Shown here: in pieces, positions 1-8,213 of the stretch | Layout of the letters: each line of letters begins with the position of its first letter | Position numbering within the stretch: the first letter of the stretch is position 1 | NCBI GenBank assembly: GCA_043799765.1 | Contig: JAZDNL010000037.1 | Location: 1-36,443 of the forward strand | Direction of reading: 5' to 3' | Source of the DNA: Candidatus Micrarchaeota archaeon | GTDB taxonomy: Archaea > Micrarchaeota > Micrarchaeia > Norongarragalinales > Norongarragalinaceae | DNA length: 36,443 nucleotides | Made by a program: the position numbers and the translations under genes | The notes under the pieces: generated by a model | The model's input: only the letters and a program-made list of their open reading frames with translations | What the model was told of the DNA's origin: nothing | Database searches by the model: none

Positions 1-1340
1 ATGTCGCCGTACTGGTGCGCGTAGAACGTCCTTTCAAAAAAGCCGAAGAGCGAGGGGAAGTCGTTGCAGTCCGAGGACGAGATGAGCCCGAGGCAGTGGG
101 AGCGCAGGACAGGTTCCGAAGACAACTTGGAAAAGATGTCCTCGGGCTTGCCGAACACGTATCGGTCAATCACTTCCTCGCGGTCCTTCGGCGCGCAGCA
201 CAGAACGCCGATTCCTTTGTCGTCGTATCTCGGACGCCCCGCTCGCCCTGTCATCTGGGCGACTTCGAGGCAGGGAATGAACTCGGAAAACGCGCCGTTG
301 AATCTCTTCAAGTCGCGCACAATGACCCACGACGCGGGATAGTCGATTCCCATCGCGAGCGTCGTAGTGCAGACAATCGCCTTTACGCACCTGTCCTTCT
401 TGAAACCGCGTTCGATCAGTTCGCGCTGACGGGTGCAGATGCCCGCGTGATGGAAAGCAACCCCGTCCTTCAGACAGTCGGCGAGCGCATGGCACTGCGA
501 CGTCGGCTGCCCCAGCGCCTTCAGCGCCTTTTCCGCCAGCTCTTCGCATTCCTTCTTTTCCTCTACCGACAAAAACGCCTTTGTCGTCTTCCGCAATTGG
601 TCGGCAAGCGTCTCCGCGTTGCGCCGCGTGTAAACGAAAACAAGCGCCTGCGCACCCTGTTTTTCGGAAAGCGCAAGTTTGACAAGCGCGTGCTCGCCGT
701 CCGCCTTGATTTTCGCGCCTTCGAAACGCACGAATTCCCCGTCGCAGACGCCGAGCTTCAACGGCGTGGGGCGGTAGGTGCTGAATATGAGCTTGGCGTC
801 AAGCCACGCAGCTATTTCGTGCGCGTTCGGAATCGTCGCGCTCAGGCATAGGAGTTTGCAGCCCAAACCCAGAAGCTTCGTGATTACTATTTCAAGCGTC
901 GCGCCGCGCGACGAATCATTCAGCACGTGCACCTCGTCGACCACCGCGAGCCCGACGTCCTTAATCCACGGCGCGCCGTGCCTCAGCAGCGAGTCCATTT
1001 TCTCGCTCGTGACGACGATGACGTCATAGGCGGCCAACTGCTCGGAGGAAGAGTCCAAGTCGCCGGTGCTTATGCCGACGCTGAAACCGAAGGGTTCTAA
1101 GGTTTGCTTGAATTCCGTGTGCTTCTCGGAAGCCAAGGCGCGCAGGGGGACAACGTAGACCGCCTTCTTCTTCATTCTCGGCGCTAGCACGGAAAGTAAT
1201 GCGAGCAGTGTCTTGCCGGAAGCAGTCGGAGCGCTCACCACGACGCGCTCCTCCGTGAGCAGACCCTCGGCTACCGCCTGTTCCTGAAGCGGATTGAGCG
1301 ACGCATAGCCGAGCTTCTGCAGCTGCTCTTGGAGCTCCAT
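1..1340 (-). CDS. hel308: Hel308/Ski2-like superfamily-2 DNA helicase (5' part; 3' end runs off the window)
   Basis: Absent from the ORF track because it is open at the window edge. My translation of the minus strand from ATG 1340..1338 gives MELQEQLQKLGYASLNPLQEQAV, VVSAPTASGKT (Walker A), VVDEVH (DEVH box), LSAT, GVAFHHAG and QMTGRAGRP. Confidence 0.8.
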   Translation of the reverse strand, partial: MELQEQLQKLGYASLNPLQEQAVAEGLLTEERVVVSAPTASGKTLLALLSVLAPRMKKKAVYVVPLRALASEKHTEFKQTLEPFGFSVGISTGDLDSSSEQLAAYDVIVVTSEKMDSLLRHGAPWIKDVGLAVVDEVHVLNDSSRGATLEIVITKLLGLGCKLLCLSATIPNAHEIAAWLDAKLIFSTYRPTPLKLGVCDGEFVRFEGAKIKADGEHALVKLALSEKQGAQALVFVYTRRNAETLADQLRKTTKAFLSVEEKKECEELAEKALKALGQPTSQCHALADCLKDGVAFHHAGICTRQRELIERGFKKDRCVKAIVCTTTLAMGIDYPASWVIVRDLKRFNGAFSEFIPCLEVAQMTGRAGRPRYDDKGIGVLCCAPKDREEVIDRYVFGKPEDIFSKLSSEPVLRSHCLGLISSSDCNDFPSLFGFFERTFYAHQYGD

Positions 1341-1362
1341 GCATCCTTTTCGTCGGCGCGCG

Positions 1363-1370
1363 TTAAAAAA
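1363..1370 (-). promoter_or_regulatory. TATA-like box for the helicase gene
   Basis: TTTTTTAA on the minus strand, about 25 nt upstream of ATG 1340. Confidence 0.4.
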
Positions 1371-1395
1371 CAGGGGAGGCGTGGCTTCCAGTGGG

Positions 1396-1405
1396 TTTTA
1401 AAAAA
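1396..1405 (+). promoter_or_regulatory. TATA-like box for the tpiA-argF-speB-prs operon
   Basis: TTTTAAAAAA, about 33 nt upstream of GTG 1436. Confidence 0.4.
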
Positions 1406-1435
1406 GCGGGAGGGGAAGTAATCAAGGGGATTCTC

Positions 1436-2092
1436 GTGATAGTCCTGAATTTTAAGGCATATGCGGAGAGCGGCGGGGAGCACGCGCTCCTTCTTGCGCG
1501 CATCGCCCGCGAAAGTGCGTCGCTCTGGAACAAGCCCGTATTCGTCTGTCCTTCGCTGCTCGATACGCAGCGCGTCTGCCACGAGCTTCCGCAGTTCGAC
1601 AAATTTCGCGTCCTAGCACAGCATTGCGATTCCAACGCCGAGGGAGCGTTTACGGGAAGTATTCCCGCCGAAGCGGTGAGGAAAGCCGGCGCATACGGCA
1701 CGCTCCTGAATCATTCGGAAAAGAAACTCAAGCAACTGGAAGAATACGTTATTGCCGCGAAAAAAGCGGGGCTTTACGTGATTGTCTGCGCCTCGACTGC
1801 GAAGGAATGCGGCAGGGCGGCGAAGATGAAGCCCGACGCGGTTGCGTTCGAGCCTCCCGATTTAATCGGAAGCGGGGTTTCGGTTACGACTCGTCCGGAA
1901 GCGGCGAAGAAATGCATTTCCGCGATACGGAAAACGAAAGGGGTTCTTGCCCTCGTGGGCGCGGGTGTGAGTAATGCCGAAGATGTCGCCACCGCGAAAA
2001 AACTCGGGGCTGACGGCGTTCTCCTTGCTTCCGCCTACGTGAAGGCGCACGACCACAAAACGTTCCTGAACAAACTTTTGGAGGCTGACTGA
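1436..2092 (+). CDS. tpiA: Triosephosphate isomerase, archaeal type
   Basis: ORF 1391..2092 has NFKAY, GAFTG, LNHSE and EPPDLIGSG motifs and a length typical of archaeal TIM. The GTG at 1436 (VIVLNFKAY) fits family N-termini and lies about 33 nt after the TTTTAAAAAA box; the GTG at 1391 is the alternative start. Confidence 0.8.
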   Translation: MIVLNFKAYAESGGEHALLLARIARESASLWNKPVFVCPSLLDTQRVCHELPQFDKFRVLAQHCDSNAEGAFTGSIPAEAVRKAGAYGTLLNHSEKKLKQLEEYVIAAKKAGLYVIVCASTAKECGRAAKMKPDAVAFEPPDLIGSGVSVTTRPEAAKKCISAIRKTKGVLALVGAGVSNAEDVATAKKLGADGVLLASAYVKAHDHKTFLNKLLEAD

Positions 2093-2093
2093 A

Positions 2094-3008
2094 ATGGTGA
2101 AACATCTGCTGGGTTTGATGGGCGTTCCAGCGACTGAAATGGAGCATTACATAGAACTCGCACGAAATATCAAGGCGAAGAAGGTGAAGCCGATTCTCGG
2201 CCAGAAGACGCTCGCGATGCTGTTCGAGAAGAGCTCGACGCGAACGCGCGTTTCCTTCGAAGTGGGGATGACGCAGCTCGGCGGGCATGCGATTTTCCTG
2301 GACATCAAGACCAGCCAGCTCGGGCGCGGTGAAAGCATCGCGGACACCGCACGCACGCTGAGCAGGTTCGTGGACGGCGTCATGGTTAGGCTTTACAAGC
2401 ACGGCGACGCGGAGGAACTCGCGAAACACTCGACGGTTCCGATAATCAACGGATTGACTGATTTCGAGCACCCGTGCCAGTCGCTCGGCGACATGCTGAC
2501 CGTGGTTGAGCACAAGGGCAAACTCAACGGACTTAAGGTTGCGTTTGTAGGCGACTGTGCTTTTAACATGAGCAACTCCACGATTCTCGGGTTCGGCACG
2601 ATGGGCGCGGACGTAGTCGCCGTCTGCCCGGACAAACCCGAGTACAAGCCGTCCGCCGACTTCCTCGCGAAAGCAAGGAAGCAGGTGAAGGGCAAAATCA
2701 GCGTTGTACACGACCCAGTCGAAGGGGTGAAGGACGCCGACGTGGTCCACACCGACGTCTGGACGAGCATGGGCCAGGAATCCGAGAAGGAGAAACGCCT
2801 CGCGGATTTGCGGCCGTTCCAACTCAACGCGGAACTGCTGAAGCACGCGAAGCCGGATCACATCGTGATGCACTGCCTTCCAGCGCACCGCGGCGACGAA
2901 ATCACGAACGACGTAATCGACGGGAAGCATTCGGTTGTCTGGGACCAAGCTGAAAACCGCCTGCACATCCAGAAGGCGATCATGGCGTCGCTGATGGGCG
3001 GGTATTGA
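2094..3008 (+). CDS. argF: Ornithine carbamoyltransferase (a related carbamoyltransferase specificity is not excluded)
   Basis: Motifs STRTRVSFE, FEHPCQ, DVWTSMGQE and HCLPAHRG (HCLPA is OTC-type, not the HPLPR of ATCase). 304 aa. Confidence 0.8.
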   Translation: MVKHLLGLMGVPATEMEHYIELARNIKAKKVKPILGQKTLAMLFEKSSTRTRVSFEVGMTQLGGHAIFLDIKTSQLGRGESIADTARTLSRFVDGVMVRLYKHGDAEELAKHSTVPIINGLTDFEHPCQSLGDMLTVVEHKGKLNGLKVAFVGDCAFNMSNSTILGFGTMGADVVAVCPDKPEYKPSADFLAKARKQVKGKISVVHDPVEGVKDADVVHTDVWTSMGQESEKEKRLADLRPFQLNAELLKHAKPDHIVMHCLPAHRGDEITNDVIDGKHSVVWDQAENRLHIQKAIMASLMGGY

Positions 3009-3009
3009 A

Positions 3010-3810
3010 TTGAAACTGCTTCATTCGCTTCCGCCGTACAACTTCGCGGGGCAGGAGAACGACTTCCGCAGCGCTAAGTTCGTAGTCGTTCCCGTGCCTT
3101 ACGACTCCACGTGCTCGTTCAATGCGGGAACTCGCGACGCGCCCCATCTGATGATATCGGCGTCGCGTTTCATGGAGGAGAAGAAATGCGGCGGCATCTT
3201 CACGACTGACGAACTGGAGCCGTGCAGGGCGGACGCCAAGGAAACCATGCGCCGCATCACGCAGGTGGTGGGCGACGTACTGGCGGCAAAGAAAGTGCCG
3301 GTGCTGCTCGGAGGGGAACATACCATTGCTTACGGGGCACTCTCCGCTTACAAGCAGCGCGACTTCTCCGTTCTTGCGCTTGACGCGCACCTCGACTTCC
3401 GCGACGAGTTCGAGGGGAGCAAATTCTCGCACGCATGCACGCTGCGCCGGTTGCACGAAATCGCGCCCGTCACGGTTGTGGGCTGCCGCTCGTGGGGAGC
3501 GGATGAAATGAGGGAAGCGAAGAAAGCAGGGGTTCGCGTTTTCGGTCCGCGCTTCGACGCGAAGGAAGTGGCGAAAGGGCTGCGCAAAAACGTATACGTT
3601 TCGATTGATTTCGACGGCCTCGAGGATTTCCCGACAGGCATGCCCGAACCGGATGGCGTGCGCTATAGCGACGCCATCGGGCTACTGCAAACCGTTTTAA
3701 AAACGCGGCGCGTAATCGGGTTGGACGGGACGGAGCTGCTGCCCGGGAGCGCCAGGGAGGCGTATCCCGGCGCGAAGTTCATTTACGAAATCCTGTGCAT
3801 GGTGGGGTGA
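3010..3810 (+). CDS. speB: Agmatinase / ureohydrolase family protein
   Basis: Ureohydrolase metal-site motifs GGEHTI, LDAHLDFRD and SIDFDGLEDFPTGMPEPDG. TTG start 2 nt after the argF stop. Confidence 0.7.
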   Translation: MKLLHSLPPYNFAGQENDFRSAKFVVVPVPYDSTCSFNAGTRDAPHLMISASRFMEEKKCGGIFTTDELEPCRADAKETMRRITQVVGDVLAAKKVPVLLGGEHTIAYGALSAYKQRDFSVLALDAHLDFRDEFEGSKFSHACTLRRLHEIAPVTVVGCRSWGADEMREAKKAGVRVFGPRFDAKEVAKGLRKNVYVSIDFDGLEDFPTGMPEPDGVRYSDAIGLLQTVLKTRRVIGLDGTELLPGSAREAYPGAKFIYEILCMVG

Positions 3811-4778
3811 AGGGGTTGGACGCTCTCAAGGAATTGCGGATTTTTCACGGAAACGCCACGCCTGAGTTGGCGAAGGCGATTGCGAAGGAACTGCATACTA
3901 AGCCAGCCGAAGCGGTTACGAAGCGTTTCGCGGACGGCGAGGTCTGGGTGGACATCAGGGAGAGCGTGCGCGGAAAGCACGCGTTCATCGTCCAATCGAC
4001 GTGCGGACCCGTGAACGACAACCTGATGGAACTTCTCGTTATAACGGACGCGTTGAAGCGCGCCACTGTTTCGCGCGTGACCGCCGTGATTCCCTACTAC
4101 GGGTACGGCAGGCAGGACAAGAAGGCGAGTCCCCGCGAACCCATAAGCGCGCGGCTCGTAGCGAACCTCATTGAGAAAGCCGGGGCGGACGACGTGCTTT
4201 CCGTCGATCTGCACAGCGGGCAGATCCAGGGGTTCTTCCAGATTCCGGTTGACAACCTGACCGCGCGGCCGCTGATGGTGCAGCACGCGCGCAAGCATTT
4301 CGGCAACATGAAGGACGTCATCGTCGTGTCCCCCGATGCAGGCGGAGCGAAAAGGGCGCAGGAGTTCGCGAACGCGCTGGGCACTTCGCTTGCGATAATA
4401 CACAAGACCCGGCCGGGTCCTAACAAGTCGCAGGTGACGCACGTCGTGGGCTACACGGCGCTTAAAACCGCGCTGCTTTACGACGACATAGTCGACACCG
4501 CAGGCTCGCTCGCGAACGCCGCAGATGCGCTCGTCGCCAACGGCACGAAGGAGGTCTATGCCTACTGCACGCACGCCGTGCTCTCTGATGACGCGATTGC
4601 GCGCATACAGAACTCCAAAATCAAGAAGCTCATCGTGACGGATTCGATTCCGCTCAGCGCCCAGGCGCGCACCTGCAGGAAAATCGAAGTCGTCTCGCTC
4701 GCGCCGCTGATCGCGCTGGCAATTGAGCACAACCAGCGCAACATATCCGTAAGCGAGCTTTTCAGGAACGGGTGCTGA
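3795..4778 (+). CDS. prs: Ribose-phosphate pyrophosphokinase (PRPP synthetase)
   Basis: LRIFHGNATPELAKAIA, FADGEVWVDIRESVRGKHAFIVQST and a PRPP-binding loop VVSPDAGGAKRA. The start may be the GTG at 3807, which overlaps the speB stop as GTGA. Confidence 0.85.
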   Translation: MHGGVKGLDALKELRIFHGNATPELAKAIAKELHTKPAEAVTKRFADGEVWVDIRESVRGKHAFIVQSTCGPVNDNLMELLVITDALKRATVSRVTAVIPYYGYGRQDKKASPREPISARLVANLIEKAGADDVLSVDLHSGQIQGFFQIPVDNLTARPLMVQHARKHFGNMKDVIVVSPDAGGAKRAQEFANALGTSLAIIHKTRPGPNKSQVTHVVGYTALKTALLYDDIVDTAGSLANAADALVANGTKEVYAYCTHAVLSDDAIARIQNSKIKKLIVTDSIPLSAQARTCRKIEVVSLAPLIALAIEHNQRNISVSELFRNGC

Positions 4779-5662
4779 TGCTCGGATACGCCGCCGCGCT
4801 GCTGTCGGGATTCCTAGCGAAGCTTACTGACGGCCAGGTTGACGAGCAGCTGTGGTTCGGAAGGAACGCGGCTTACGCTACGGCAATCGTATACGGCGGC
4901 CTCGGCGGCTTCCTGACGACGCTTTCGCCGCAGTTCGCGACTGTTTTTTGGGCGATACTCGTAGCCGTCCTCGTAACCGGCAAGATAGATTCCAAGGAGC
5001 ACCAGCTGGCTGTCGGCGCTTTCATAGTGGCGGCGCTGATGCTCGGCACCAGGACGCCCGACACCGCAATCTTCCTCTTCCTCGCTTCCGCCGCTGCGCT
5101 CGACGAAAAACTTAACGACTTGGCGGACTACGGCGCGCTGAAAAGCGGAGTTGCGAAGAAAATAGCCCGCTACCGCATCCTGCTGGACGTCGCCGCGCTC
5201 ATAATTTCCGCGATTTCACGCGACGCATCCTACATCCTCGCCGTGCTTTCTTTCGACATCGGCTACCAGGCGGGGGCTTTTGCCTCGAAGAAAATCGCAA
5301 ACCCGCACCCGCCAGTGCGCGGCACGCACCTGATGCTCGACCTGCGCGATGGCGACGTACGGAAGCTGGACTCCGAGAAAACCGTCTCGAAATTCCTCAA
5401 GGACGTGCCCAAGGCGCTGGGCATGCGCGCGATAACGAAGCCCGCGGTTAAGCGCGTCGGGACCGGCACGGACTACGGCATAAGCGGGTTCGTCATGATA
5501 GCCGAAAGCCACGTTTCCGTGCACACATACCCGCGCAAGCGCGCCGCTTTCATCGACGTGTTCTCGTGCAAGCCGTTCGACTGCAGGCGCGTGTCGGAGA
5601 TGGCGCGCCGCACGTTCGGTGGAACCGTGGAAGAAAAGGCGCACGGCCGCGCTATTTCCTGA
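4778..5662 (+). CDS. Fusion protein: N-terminal polytopic membrane domain plus C-terminal SpeH-type pyruvoyl-dependent decarboxylase (AdoMet or arginine decarboxylase proenzyme)
   Basis: The C-terminal ~110 aa read GTHLMLDL...GISGFVMIAESHVSVHTYPRKRAAFIDVFSCKPFD, the SpeH family signature including the ES self-cleavage site. The N-terminal ~180 aa have 6-7 hydrophobic segments. The ATG at 4778 overlaps the prs stop (TGATG); the GTG at 4772 is the alternative start. Confidence 0.7.
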   Translation: MLGYAAALLSGFLAKLTDGQVDEQLWFGRNAAYATAIVYGGLGGFLTTLSPQFATVFWAILVAVLVTGKIDSKEHQLAVGAFIVAALMLGTRTPDTAIFLFLASAAALDEKLNDLADYGALKSGVAKKIARYRILLDVAALIISAISRDASYILAVLSFDIGYQAGAFASKKIANPHPPVRGTHLMLDLRDGDVRKLDSEKTVSKFLKDVPKALGMRAITKPAVKRVGTGTDYGISGFVMIAESHVSVHTYPRKRAAFIDVFSCKPFDCRRVSEMARRTFGGTVEEKAHGRAIS

Positions 5663-6269
5663 ATACGGCGTTGATGCGCTCGCGGGGAAGTGATTTTCCG
5701 CCGTAAGCGACGCTCCATTTTTCCGAGGCGAACGACACGCGCCGCCAACCGCGAAAGAGCGCCGTTACTTCCGCTTCTGAAAAATAATGCGTGGGAATGC
5801 CCTTTCTCACGAAACAGTCGCCGACTTTCCTGCCTTTGCCGTTGCGAAAATCCGCGGTGCCGAAGACGCGGAGGAAAAGGAGCCCGTTTTTCCTCAGGAC
5901 GCGGCGGATTTCGGAGACGGCTTTCGCGCGGTCCGCCTTGCGCAGGTGCCCCATTACATGAAAGCAAATCACGGCATTGAAAAAGGAATCGCGGAAAAGC
6001 AAGGAACGGACGTCCTGGACCGAGACGAAGCATTTCTCGCCGCGTTTTCGGCATAGTTCGGCGGACTGCCTTACCGCTTCGGGCGAAAAATCGACGGCGT
6101 AAATATTCCAGCCTTTTCCGAACAGCGCGCTCAGGTTTTTTCCGTTTCCGCATCCTAGCTCGAGAACGCGGCTTCCTTTTTTTATCGCGGGCTTCGGCTG
6201 GAAGTTCGTGGTGCCGCGCCACGCCAACGCGCCGCGTTCATAGGCGGCGTCCCATGAGCGCATCGACAT
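5652..6269 (-). CDS. Class I SAM-dependent methyltransferase
   Basis: Motif I VLELGCGNGKN followed by IYAVDFSPEAV. The ATG at 6269 (MSMRSW) lies 2 nt after the upstream gene stop; the longer ORF back to 6356 would overlap that gene. Confidence 0.7.
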   Translation of the reverse strand: MSMRSWDAAYERGALAWRGTTNFQPKPAIKKGSRVLELGCGNGKNLSALFGKGWNIYAVDFSPEAVRQSAELCRKRGEKCFVSVQDVRSLLFRDSFFNAVICFHVMGHLRKADRAKAVSEIRRVLRKNGLLFLRVFGTADFRNGKGRKVGDCFVRKGIPTHYFSEAEVTALFRGWRRVSFASEKWSVAYGGKSLPRERINAVFRK

Positions 6270-6271
6270 GC

Positions 6272-7528
6272 TCAAACCTCGTACGTCTTGTCCTGTTCTG
6301 GAGCGATGGCGTCGAAGCCCTCTTCCTCGGTTAATTGCTCCGCGAGCGCGTCGCAAACTCCTTTGTCTCCGTGGATGCAGTATACTTTATCGGGATTGAC
6401 GCGGCGCGCGTACTCGAGCAAATCATCAGCTCCCGCATGCGCGCTGAAATCGAAATGCCTGACCGGGAGCGAGATGTCGATTTTCCTGCCGTGGTCGCGG
6501 ATTTTCTTCTGCTCTTCGAGCATCCTGCCGTTGGTTCCGGCAACCTGGTAGCCCGTAAGGAACACGACGCCTTTCCCAGTTGCGTTCAGCTCGCGCATGT
6601 ACGAGAGCGCGGGCCCGCCGTCGAGCATTCCCGCCGTGGTGACGATGACGCACGGCTTCTTCGAGATGCGCCTTCTTGTCTCGCGGTCCTCGACGAGGTT
6701 CGCGCGCTCCATCGCGGAGAAAAGCGCCTTCTGGTTGCGGCAGTATGACGGGAAGTCGCAGGCTATCTGGGAAACAGTTTTGCCCATGCCGTCGAGATAA
6801 ATCGGAGCGCGGGTTTTCGCCGCGAGAACCTGCAGGATTTCCTGCGTCCTGCCTACGGCGAAGCAGGGAACGAGCACTGTTAGATTTTCGGCGAGGGCGT
6901 CGTTCACTGCGTCGCAAAAGGATTTTTCCAGCTCCTCGCGCGGCGGATGTATGCGCTGGGCGTAGGTGCTTTCCGTCACGAGCACGTCAACGTCCTCGTC
7001 AGGCGGCTTTGCGCCCAGGTGCATGCGCGTCGGCGTCGTCTTGAAGTCGCCCGTGTAGAGAAGCGTCTTCTTGTTCCGTATGAGCGCCTGCGCGCTGCCG
7101 AGTATGTGCCCTGCGTCAAGGAAGCGCAGCGTCGTGCCGTCGAAGAACTGGTAGTCGGAATCGTAGGAAAGCGCGGTGAGGCGCTTGTTCATGCGCTTGA
7201 CGTGCTGGCTGCCGTACGGAAGCGGCGTCTTGTTCTGCAACGCGACTTTCTCGGAATCCGCGAGCAGGAGATTCATAACCGGAATCGTCGGGAACGTCAT
7301 GAACGCGGGGACGTCGTGATGCTTGTATAGCGCAGGCAAAGCGCCGGAATGGTCCATGTGCGCGTGCGTCACTATCGCCGCATCCACCTTGTGCTGCTCA
7401 AGATTAGGCGCCAGATTCCCGTCGTGGATGCGGATGCCTACGTCGAGAAACAGGCGCGCCTCGCCGGTCTGGAGCCAGAAGCAGCTCTTTCCCACCTCGT
7501 TGCACGCGCCGAGGAAGCAGAGTTTCAT
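6272..7528 (-). CDS. Beta-CASP metallo-beta-lactamase ribonuclease (aCPSF2-like, no KH domains)
   Basis: HAHMDHSG motif. 418 aa with MBL plus beta-CASP architecture (...DAGHILGS...TESTY...HGD). Confidence 0.7.
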   Translation of the reverse strand: MKLCFLGACNEVGKSCFWLQTGEARLFLDVGIRIHDGNLAPNLEQHKVDAAIVTHAHMDHSGALPALYKHHDVPAFMTFPTIPVMNLLLADSEKVALQNKTPLPYGSQHVKRMNKRLTALSYDSDYQFFDGTTLRFLDAGHILGSAQALIRNKKTLLYTGDFKTTPTRMHLGAKPPDEDVDVLVTESTYAQRIHPPREELEKSFCDAVNDALAENLTVLVPCFAVGRTQEILQVLAAKTRAPIYLDGMGKTVSQIACDFPSYCRNQKALFSAMERANLVEDRETRRRISKKPCVIVTTAGMLDGGPALSYMRELNATGKGVVFLTGYQVAGTNGRMLEEQKKIRDHGRKIDISLPVRHFDFSAHAGADDLLEYARRVNPDKVYCIHGDKGVCDALAEQLTEEEGFDAIAPEQDKTYEV

Positions 7529-7551
7529 TCACGAAAACAAGGACGGGAACG

Positions 7552-7560
7552 TTTTTTAAT
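7552..7560. promoter_or_regulatory. Single central A/T box shared by divergent genes (beta-CASP RNase and acdB)
   Basis: TTTTTTAAT is the only A/T-rich element in the 52-bp spacer. It lies 28 nt from ATG 7528 (minus) and 25 nt from ATG 7581 (plus). Confidence 0.45.
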
Positions 7561-7580
7561 GATTGCCGAGTGCTTAGCGT

Positions 7581-8213
7581 ATGCTTCTCGACTACGAGGA
7601 CGCGAGGCGGCTCGCCAAAAAGTACGGGATGCCGCTCGTGGCGGGCAGATGCTTCACCACCCTCGACGAGGCCAAGGACATCGCACGGAAGCTCAAGCCT
7701 CCTTTCGTAGTCAAGGTTCTCGGTCCCGGAGTGATGCACAAGACGGAGAAGCGGCTGATTGCGCTCAACCTCGACTCCCTTGACGAGATAAGCGTTGCGA
7801 TGGACAAGCTGTCGCGCAACGCCCGCGGAATGGAAGTCGACTGCTTCCTGATGCAGGAGCAGAGGCAGGGCGTGGAACTCATCATAGGCGGGAAGCGCGA
7901 CCCCGCTTTCGGCGCAATCGTGCTTTTCGGCTCCGGCGGAATCATGGCGGAATTGTACGGCGACGTGGCGATGCGGGCGGCGCCGCTTTCGCGCAAGGAC
8001 GCGCTGGAAATGCTTGCGGAAACCAAGGCGAATGCGTTCTTCTCGGAAAAGGGGTTCCGCGGACGGAAGGCGTGCGAGGACTGCGTAGTGAAGCTGCTGA
8101 TCGGGACGTCGCGGCTGATGCTCGGCGAACCGCAGGTAAAGGAGCTGGATTTCAACCCGGTTATTGCAGACACGCGCGAAGCCGCGATAGTGGACGCGAG
8201 GATAATCGTATGA
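7581..8213 (+). CDS. acdB: ADP-forming acetyl-CoA synthetase, beta (ATP-grasp) subunit
   Basis: ATP-grasp-type N-terminus YEDARRLAKKYGMPLV...PFVVKV. ATGA-coupled to the alpha-subunit gene. Confidence 0.65.
   Translation: MLLDYEDARRLAKKYGMPLVAGRCFTTLDEAKDIARKLKPPFVVKVLGPGVMHKTEKRLIALNLDSLDEISVAMDKLSRNARGMEVDCFLMQEQRQGVELIIGGKRDPAFGAIVLFGSGGIMAELYGDVAMRAAPLSRKDALEMLAETKANAFFSEKGFRGRKACEDCVVKLLIGTSRLMLGEPQVKELDFNPVIADTREAAIVDARIIV

Noticed and set aside
15-851. 278-aa plus-strand ORF at the left edge
   Set aside because: It is antisense to the clearly recognisable Hel308-like helicase (Walker A, DEVH, QMTGRAGR on the minus strand). Its Arg/Ala/Val-rich, low-complexity composition is typical of shadow ORFs in high-GC DNA.
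1884-2966. 360-aa minus-strand ORF
   Set aside because: It is antisense to ornithine carbamoyltransferase and the TIM 3' end. It is Arg/His/Val-rich with no motifs, so it is a shadow ORF.
2094-3008. Alternative call of aspartate carbamoyltransferase (pyrB)
   Set aside because: The protein has HCLPA and DVWTSMG, which are OTC-type, not the HPLPR of ATCase. Finer specificity (ornithine versus putrescine) cannot be settled by eye.
3783-4730. 315-aa minus-strand ORF
   Set aside because: It is antisense to PRPP synthetase, which has canonical motifs. It is a shadow ORF.
5473-6222. 249-aa minus-strand ORF rich in Arg/Lys/Pro
   Set aside because: It is out of frame with, and overlaps, the SAM methyltransferase (5652..6269), which has a clean motif I. 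Its composition is highly basic and low-complexity.
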